Shown here: positions 57,787 through 64,000 of the stretch, piece after piece
Layout: each line of letters starts with the position of its first letter
Numbering within the stretch: position 1 is the stretch's first letter
DNA from: a virus
Virus record (IMG/VR): IMGVR_UViG_648276631_000006
Coordinates: 1,610-65,609 of that record
DNA length: 64,000 bases
Strand: one strand, 5' to 3'
The notes under the pieces: generated by a model
The model's input: only the letters and a program-made list of their open reading frames with translations
What the model was told of the DNA's origin: nothing
The model's database searches: none
Translations under genes and position numbers: made by a program

Positions 57787-58527
57787 ATGAAATTCTCAAT
57801 AGCTCTGTTAAGTCTTTGCGTTCCTTTGTGCAGTTATGCGCAAAGTGCCGACAGCAGCGCGCAAAGCTCCTCCAACTCCTCATCAGTAGGGGCACAGCAG
57901 AACCAGTCAGTCACCATTGTCAATCCAGTTGCATCTCCGGCAGAGAGCCGATCAACGGCCATGATGGAAAGTCGATCCACGTCAACCTCCGACCAGAACA
58001 TCACAACAAACGGCACGACCACTCAGAACCTGAACAGCACGGTGTCCGGGACGTCCAAGAACATCGTCGAGTACACCGGTACATATACACTGAAGAACGT
58101 TCCCAGCGTGGGCGGCCCCAATCTCACGACCAGCAATGACACCTGTATGGGCAGCAGCAGCGGCAGTGCCAACGGCCCTGGCTTTGGCGTGAGCTTCGGT
58201 ACGACCTGGACGGACGAGCATTGCAAGCGCCTGAAAATGAGCCGCGAGCTCTGGAACAAGGGCATGAAGGCAGCTTCGCTGGCTATGGACTGCATGGATC
58301 CTGCCGCTCGCGTGGCACTGGAGATTACGGGTTCGAAATGCCCGCAATCCATGACCGCAGATGAGCGCCGCAACAACTACGGGCCGGATGCTTCGGCACA
58401 AGGTAGCGTAACCCCTTCCGTGCCGCCCTCAGAGGCTCAGTCAAGCTTTGCGCCTGAGGTCACTCGCCCCACGGCTATCACCTCTGTGATGGATGACCCA
58501 AGTACAGCACGGCTGTATGGCAATTAG
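57787..58527 (+). CDS. Secreted protein with an S/T/N-rich N-terminus and a 4-Cys domain
   Basis: Signal peptide; DTCMGSSSG...DEHCKRLK...CMD...KCP. Confidence 0.8.
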   Translation: MKFSIALLSLCVPLCSYAQSADSSAQSSSNSSSVGAQQNQSVTIVNPVASPAESRSTAMMESRSTSTSDQNITTNGTTTQNLNSTVSGTSKNIVEYTGTYTLKNVPSVGGPNLTTSNDTCMGSSSGSANGPGFGVSFGTTWTDEHCKRLKMSRELWNKGMKAASLAMDCMDPAARVALEITGSKCPQSMTADERRNNYGPDASAQGSVTPSVPPSEAQSSFAPEVTRPTAITSVMDDPSTARLYGN

Positions 58528-58557
58528 TGGGCGTGATTCCTAATCTAGGAGGCCGCT

Positions 58558-58890
58558 ATGGGCAAGACTCTAGCTCTTTTAGCGATTGCACTATGCTGCG
58601 CTTCGTCTTTGGCTGCACCCGACTCCAGGGCCATCAATGAACCGTTGAGCATTCAACGCCAGATCTTCGGAAGTGGCGAGCAAGGGGCAGCAGGCTCGCA
58701 ACAAGCAGAGCCAGTGGGTGACTATGGCGTCTGGCATGTGCCGCAGTACCTGCCTGGTTATCCGACTGCAGCAACGATATGGCCCCGCGCTATCCCTGTG
58801 AAATGCAAGGACAGACAGTGCGACGGCTATGTGATTACCCCGCAGATGGGGCCAGGTGAGTACCTGTTTTTCGTGCCTACAAGTGAGTAG
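58558..58890 (+). CDS. Small secreted protein
   Basis: RBS AGGAGG; signal peptide; HVPQYLPGYPTAATIWPR. Confidence 0.75.
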   Translation: MGKTLALLAIALCCASSLAAPDSRAINEPLSIQRQIFGSGEQGAAGSQQAEPVGDYGVWHVPQYLPGYPTAATIWPRAIPVKCKDRQCDGYVITPQMGPGEYLFFVPTSE

Positions 58891-58950
58891 GCAGGTCAAA
58901 AGAGAACAGGGCGAAAGCACTTCATTCGTGCTGACAGCAACTCACCTAAC

Positions 58951-58976
58951 AAGGGCGGCCTCATGCCGCCCTTGTT
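58951..58976 (+). terminator. Hairpin, probable terminator of the secreted-protein operon
   Basis: aagggcggc-ctcat-gccgccctt-gtt. Confidence 0.6.
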
Positions 58977-58980
58977 GATT

Positions 58981-59177
58981 GCAGACTCACATCCCTGATG
59001 AGTCGCATGCACAAGCCAGGCCACAGGTTGCCGGCGGACCAGCAGGACAAGCGCAGCGTGATCCCGCTTGAGATGCAGGATGTGGATCAGTGGCTGGCCG
59101 GGACAGTAAGGGAGGCTGGGCAACTGCTTAGATTGCCCTCGGTTTGCGTGGTTGATGCCACCCCGCTGGCCTCCTGA
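58981..59177 (+). pseudogene. 3' remnant of an SOS response-associated peptidase (SRAP/YedK-like)
   Basis: Own translation ADSHP/frameshift/MSRMHKP...QQDKRSVIPLE..DVDQWL. Confidence 0.7.
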
Positions 59178-59289
59178 AGCTTGCCAAGTACTTGTGTTAC
59201 ATGTAAACAAATGATTCAAAAAATGGTTGCTCCGCCTATCATGTCGGCGTCTTAGGTTAAGTCAGCCGAGCATGTACTGGAGGGAAAGT

Positions 59290-60642
59290 ATGCTGAAAAC
59301 TCTTGGGTTGGGAATGTCTGCTTTGGCTCTTGCAGGACTTTCCGGATGTGCGGCTACTGGCTCGGATTTTGTGGAGTACGCTGAGAGAGCTTCGGGCTGC
59401 AGCAGTAGCGTTAGCTTCTACGGGACCGCGATTGGTGTAGAAAAGCGAGAGGGGCGATTTGACTCCAGCACAATGGATAAGGCCATTGCAGGAATCAAGA
59501 CAACTGCTTTGGGATGCAACGCTGACATCATAACGACCATGTCGAACCTGGGAAGCGCCGTGTCTGACCTTCGTGAGAAGCGTCCGAAAGATGCCCTGGA
59601 TATAGCTTTGCTGTCATTGCATGTGGCAGATGAGAACCCAGATCACTTGTTCCAGATGTATTACGCATCAGCATATCTATCCCTGGCTGCTTCCAACCAA
59701 GATGAGGCTCTGTGGAATCGTGTCATGACGTTGTATCTGGATCGCGGTTATTGGGATCCGCGGTTGCCCTTGGGTTCTTCTCTGGAGCCGTACGCAACTC
59801 CCGATATTCGGCAGCGCATCGATACGCTTCAAGGAGCGATGGCGAAAGCTGCGGAGGCGGCTAAGTTAGCGACGGGCATTGACTGCAGCTCTCTTCAATA
59901 CTGCCAGCCGCCGCAGGGTGCTCGTTCATTTGTTGAGGCGGATTACTACGATGCCTATGCTGAGACTCTTCGTCAGGTGGGCGAGCCACGGAGAGCCAGT
60001 CTTGTGGAGAGTCTTGCTAAAGATACGCGTCGGAAGAAAACCAACCTTGTTGCCAAATTGCAAGCGGAAAGCACGGCATCTGCTTCCCCAACTAAACGTG
60101 CTACTTCAAGCAGCAGTATTCAGACAAGCACGCTAAGTGCACTCGTTCAAGCTACTGGTCAGATTGCACAGGCCGCCCGTGGTTCTGGCAGTTCTGTGCG
60201 TAGCCAGTCGTTAACCGGGGCCTCTGCATCAGCATCTCGCTCAGCCTCACAGGCGGGCTCTGGGGCTGCAGCCATGGCGAGCAACAATTTCAATTCAAGG
60301 TCAAGCACGGCTTCAGCACCGAATTCCTACACGAGTAATTCGCAGCCAAGTGCCGCGGATGGCAAAGGGTACAGAGACGGTCAGCAGTGCACGAAACTTA
60401 GCAACAACAGCGATAGCTTTCAGAACCTTTGCACTTTCCCCGTCTGGGTCTCTTTTGTGAACCAAAATGGTCAAGGTGCCGCTGGTCCAATCAAGCCAGG
60501 AGGCCGGGAGCTCATCACCAAATCAACCAGGATTCAGTGGGCGGCATGCGAATACCCGAGTTCACCGAAATTGCAGCCGACGCTCTCGGGCTCACCGTGG
60601 CATAACAGCCCGGGGTCTCGCTATTACTGTGTGGGACGCTAG
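59290..60642 (+). CDS. Lipoprotein with a Ser/Ala-rich linker and a Cys-containing C-terminal domain
   Basis: LSGC lipobox. Confidence 0.75.
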   Translation: MLKTLGLGMSALALAGLSGCAATGSDFVEYAERASGCSSSVSFYGTAIGVEKREGRFDSSTMDKAIAGIKTTALGCNADIITTMSNLGSAVSDLREKRPKDALDIALLSLHVADENPDHLFQMYYASAYLSLAASNQDEALWNRVMTLYLDRGYWDPRLPLGSSLEPYATPDIRQRIDTLQGAMAKAAEAAKLATGIDCSSLQYCQPPQGARSFVEADYYDAYAETLRQVGEPRRASLVESLAKDTRRKKTNLVAKLQAESTASASPTKRATSSSSIQTSTLSALVQATGQIAQAARGSGSSVRSQSLTGASASASRSASQAGSGAAAMASNNFNSRSSTASAPNSYTSNSQPSAADGKGYRDGQQCTKLSNNSDSFQNLCTFPVWVSFVNQNGQGAAGPIKPGGRELITKSTRIQWAACEYPSSPKLQPTLSGSPWHNSPGSRYYCVGR

Positions 60643-60870
60643 TCAAGCAGCGGTCTTTCCACAGTTTGCTCACATTCAGAACTGGCCCTAAAAATGCTGC
60701 CCGAATGTGCCCCAAAGTTGTATTTGTGGCCGGTTAGCGCGAAATGCAGAAATCGCTCGCTTTGGCGACTTGTGGCGGCGTGTTGTTGGTTTCTGCATGA
60801 ATAGGCATTCGGAGTTGGTGTGGTAGGTTGGTGTGCTTTGTAAGTCTTTGATTTATAAATTAAGTGTAAA

Positions 60871-60917
60871 CCTTTACACGGAGTAGGTCGGCGGTTCGAG
60901 ACCGTCAGGACCCACCA
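60871..60917 (+). mobile_element. attR: 3' part of tRNA-Val(TAC)
   Basis: Anticodon loop tttacac, T-arm ggcgg-ttcgaga-ccgtc, acceptor end aggacccacca; the 5' half is missing. Confidence 0.85.
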
Positions 60918-60936
60918 CTAAAAAACTAAAGAAATC

Positions 60937-60966
60937 AAGGGCTTAGAGCGATCTAAGCCCTTTTTC
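60937..60966 (+). terminator. Terminator of the original tRNA locus
   Basis: aagggcttaga-gcga-tctaagccctt-ttt. Confidence 0.8.
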
Positions 60967-61301
60967 TTTGCCCTCTCTACCAACCGAAATCGTTGCTTGC
61001 CAAGCTGCCTGAGCCTGGCTTGGCGCCCGGCAGGAGAGCTCATGGCCGCTTGAGAAAAGCTCGCGGCGGCGGGCCGGGGTTACATCTTTTCGGGCTTCTT
61101 ACGCTCTCGCTCTCATACCTGCTTTTCAAGTGTCTCTGGAGTTTTCTAGATTGGTGTCTCGCTCATCGGACGGGCATAAATAAGGTGAAATCAGAGCGAA
61201 TGCTGATGAGTGTCTCAGGGTGTGAGTTTTGCAAAATTGGCTCCATTTCGCGTAACTGCTCGGCCTAGCATGCTCATGTGTTCTATGACAGGAGGCCAAT
61301 C

Positions 61302-61493
61302 ATGAAATCGCTATCTGCTATCGCGTTGCTGGTGACCGCTGGCGCGCTGAGCGCCTGCGATGACAAAGCACCAAAGCCTGAACTGGAAACGCGGCCGCCG
61401 GCAATGGAGGGAATACAGCGACCACAGCCAGATCCTGGAGCAGCAGTCCCGAGGCCTGAGCCATCTCCTGCGAATCCAAATCCACGGCCTTAA
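61302..61493 (+). CDS. Small Pro-rich lipoprotein (host)
   Basis: RBS AGGAGG; LSAC lipobox. Confidence 0.7.
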   Translation: MKSLSAIALLVTAGALSACDDKAPKPELETRPPAMEGIQRPQPDPGAAVPRPEPSPANPNPRP

Positions 61494-62277
61494 AGACTGG
61501 GACTTGGATAGGACTGCTAGGAGTCTGCTCATTTGGTTGTTTGTGCGGGCTCGCTTCGTTGCTGTTCCCGGCCACGATCAGCCAGAGGGTTGATGCTGTT
61601 TCCGGCCGCTCGCTCCCGGGCCGTTTTTGTGGAAGGCTAGTCTGCAGCCGGGTGATCGATGATGTAGCTCGGCGGGAAGTCTTGGACGCTATAGCGCTCG
61701 CGCTGCATGAGCATGCGCAGCACTATGTCTGCGGTTACCTCGCGCTCGCCCTTGGGCCGGGTACGTTCAGCAGGTCTACGGCTACCCGCCTGTAGCTTCG
61801 CGCGGCATATCTCCCGAATGTCCGCGCGATAGTGGCAGGTCTTCGGGGGGGCGGTGTTGGCATCGTGTGCGCCGATTGCGTCGGGGTCATGGTTGATCCC
61901 TGTGTCAATGGAGCGGCCCAATGCCTGTGCAGGCATCACAGGCACCGATCAACAGGCCAATCATCAGCTTGGCAGGCAGTGCCCGCTCGAATTGAGGTGT
62001 AAGCATGAGCTCCAGAAAACGAGCCTGCTTGGTGGCTGGCTGTTCAGCTTGAAAAGTTGGAGATTGCTGGTGCTGAAGATTCCAGTCCAGCGGTTTTGTT
62101 CATTGGGCTCATGGTGTTTGGTAGCGCTCACTTGTTGCGGGCTGAGCAGATGCGGTACCTTATAGATTGGGGCAACTGCGAGGGGATGGCTGATTTGATG
62201 GGGTGTTCCGAGAGGATCGGAATATCAACCAATTTGGCAGGACTCTTCACGCGACGGTCCCTAGCTAGGAGGTCGCC

Positions 62278-62580
62278 ATGGAAACGATAGAACAGATGGC
62301 TGAAAGACACATCCGCGAGTCTGAAGCGGACTTGGTTCATATCGATGTGTTGATGAAGCGTGCACAGAAAATGAGTGCGAACGCAGCCGATCAAGTGGAA
62401 GCTGAAAGGCTTTTGGATCAAGCCATGAGGCAGCGCGCTAAGTTGGATCTGCATCTCGCGGCCCTAAAGAGCAAGCAAGAGTCCGATTGTGAGCAGCTGG
62501 CCGAGGAGGGCAAGCGCTTCAAGGAGACGCTTGAAAAAATACGCTCGAATATTGAAGTGATGCTGGCTTCCTGGCTTTGA
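62278..62580 (+). CDS. Helical hypothetical protein (host)
   Basis: RBS AGGAGG; 100-aa ORF. Confidence 0.65.
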   Translation: METIEQMAERHIRESEADLVHIDVLMKRAQKMSANAADQVEAERLLDQAMRQRAKLDLHLAALKSKQESDCEQLAEEGKRFKETLEKIRSNIEVMLASWL

Positions 62581-62826
62581 CCGCCAAGCGGTTGCAAGGA
62601 TGGACGACCTCCGAACGTTCCTGTGTGGAGCCGCAGTCGGCAAAGAAAGTCTGTTGCGGGGTACATCCTCCTGCACCTGTAGATCGCCCTGCCAGTCGAT
62701 GGCAATGCACTAGATGATCATGTTCTTGAGCATTGCTCCCCAGAACGCCAAAAGTCCGCTCAGTGGCGGCTGGGAAAGCTCCCGCTACAGGGTTTTCATA
62801 AAGCGCTGCGGCAGGTCATCTTGCAA

Positions 62827-63999
62827 CTATGGGTCGAGGCTGGGATGAGTGCTCTCGATAGAGATATCTGGATAACTCACTCCCGATACATGCACTTGAT
62901 CACGTCCAGCATTTTTTGCCTGATAAAGAAGCTGATCGGCTTCTCTCAAGGCATGGTCCAGCTGGGACGGATCGGTGATCGATGAAATCCCAAAGCTCAT
63001 GGTCAATTTTGTGCCAGAGAGAAGAAGGTCTTTATTCGACCGGAGGTCTTGTCGGATGCGTTGAGCAATTTCTTCTGCATCTCGCAGTGCGATGTCGATC
63101 AACAGAATCACAAACTCTTCACCACCGAACCGTGCGACGAGGTCGCGCTCTCGTACATGGTTTTGCAGAGTCGCGGAGACAAGCTGCAGCACCTTATCGC
63201 CATATTCATGACCCCAGGTATCGTTGATTCGTTTGAAGTGGTCTATATCACAGGCCAGCACCGCCATGGGATAGAGCCTCATGTCGGTTAAAATCTTCAG
63301 GGCATATTCATGGAAGGATCTGCGATTCAATATCTGGGTCAAAGTATCAAGGTCACGTTCTTTCTGTAGTTTGCCAACGGTTTCCTTTGCGGCAATGACG
63401 GTCATGACCACGGTAAAGAGTATCGCGAAGTTCAATATGCTCACCAGTGTCAAGAGCCAATACGGCGATCTTGGAAATGACCGCGGATCCGGGTATCCCA
63501 GCAGCGAAATAATCATGGGTCGAGTAAGAGTGTAGGCTGTGAAAATCATGCTCAGCCAGAGCAGTGACTTGTCGAGCCAGTCAAATGAGCTCTTCCTTGA
63601 ATAGACCTGGAGGATAGGTAGCAATAAAACAAGGCCTGAACCAACACTGAAGGAGTTCACTCGTGCCCAGACGTTGGGGCTGATCCGGCTAAAGTAATAC
63701 AGCGCAGCTAACGTGATACCGGCAATCAGTAGCGCTACAAGTGGCTGGGCCGATACACGCCATCTCTCTGCCCAACTTTTCGCAAGGCACCAAGCGCTCA
63801 GCAGGTAGAAACTGCCAAGCAGGGGTGCGTAGCGAGTGAGCTCCTCCAGGGGCATCAAGGTTTGAGCTGCGAGAGGCAGTGCAGTGAGTGAATAGGCGCA
63901 AGATTGCCAGAGCAGAAAGCGCTGAGATCGTTGGGCGAGCCAGGCAGCGACCAATATGACTGCCAGAACAAAGATCGCCAAAGGTGGCGTCAGAACCAA
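62827..63999 (-). CDS. Membrane diguanylate cyclase (GGDEF); 5' end may lie outside the window
   Basis: Multiple TM segments; DTLTQILNRR, DIDHFKRINDTWGH, RFGGEEF, AKNAGRD. Confidence 0.92.
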   Translation of the reverse strand: MVLTPPLAIFVLAVILVAAWLAQRSQRFLLWQSCAYSLTALPLAAQTLMPLEELTRYAPLLGSFYLLSAWCLAKSWAERWRVSAQPLVALLIAGITLAALYYFSRISPNVWARVNSFSVGSGLVLLLPILQVYSRKSSFDWLDKSLLWLSMIFTAYTLTRPMIISLLGYPDPRSFPRSPYWLLTLVSILNFAILFTVVMTVIAAKETVGKLQKERDLDTLTQILNRRSFHEYALKILTDMRLYPMAVLACDIDHFKRINDTWGHEYGDKVLQLVSATLQNHVRERDLVARFGGEEFVILLIDIALRDAEEIAQRIRQDLRSNKDLLLSGTKLTMSFGISSITDPSQLDHALREADQLLYQAKNAGRDQVHVSGVSYPDISIESTHPSLDP

Positions 64000-64000
64000 G

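Larger units (their letters stand above)
1..60917. mobile_element. Temperate prophage (lambdoid control region, podovirus-type virion genes); left end outside the window
   Basis: Ordered early-left, immunity, replication, packaging, head, ejection/tail and lysis modules; ends at a 3' tRNA fragment. Confidence 0.95.

Noticed and set aside
54699..60917. Separate P4-like satellite or island suggested by AlpA
   Set aside because: No integrase, primase or second att copy is visible, and the SRAP remnant suggests ordinary prophage right-end cargo.

Overview
Positions 1 to about 60917 are most of a temperate prophage. The host is probably a Comamonadaceae-like betaproteobacterium (inferred from gene content). 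The phage has lambdoid control (cI/cro, operators, Rha/Ant, replication initiator) and a podovirus-type virion module (TerS/TerL, P22-like portal, N4-gp56-type capsid, ejection proteins including a ~2600-aa PLxRFG polyvalent protein, fibres), followed by holin/endolysin/spanins and cargo genes. It ends at a 3' tRNA-Val(TAC) fragment (attR). The integrase and attL lie left of the window, and host genes such as a GGDEF protein follow attR. The most striking unexplained structures are five. (1) A repeated, compensation-supported ~100-115 nt structured RNA (element B) is paired with a repeated hairpin-plus-terminator (element A) in a leftward early operon that has many terminators but no recognisable N gene. 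(2) A membrane protein on the opposite strand ends in a copy of the N-terminal repeat motif of the giant ejected protein, a candidate for superinfection exclusion by mimicry. (3) Six copies of a CCCCnCTAGGGTTCG late-promoter motif occur, four apparently driving leaderless mRNAs. (4) A csgD/csgBA-like arrangement pairs a LuxR regulator with secreted low-complexity proteins. (5) One gene is an AlpA-nucleoside deoxyribosyltransferase fusion. All family assignments come from motif recognition by eye, not from database searches.
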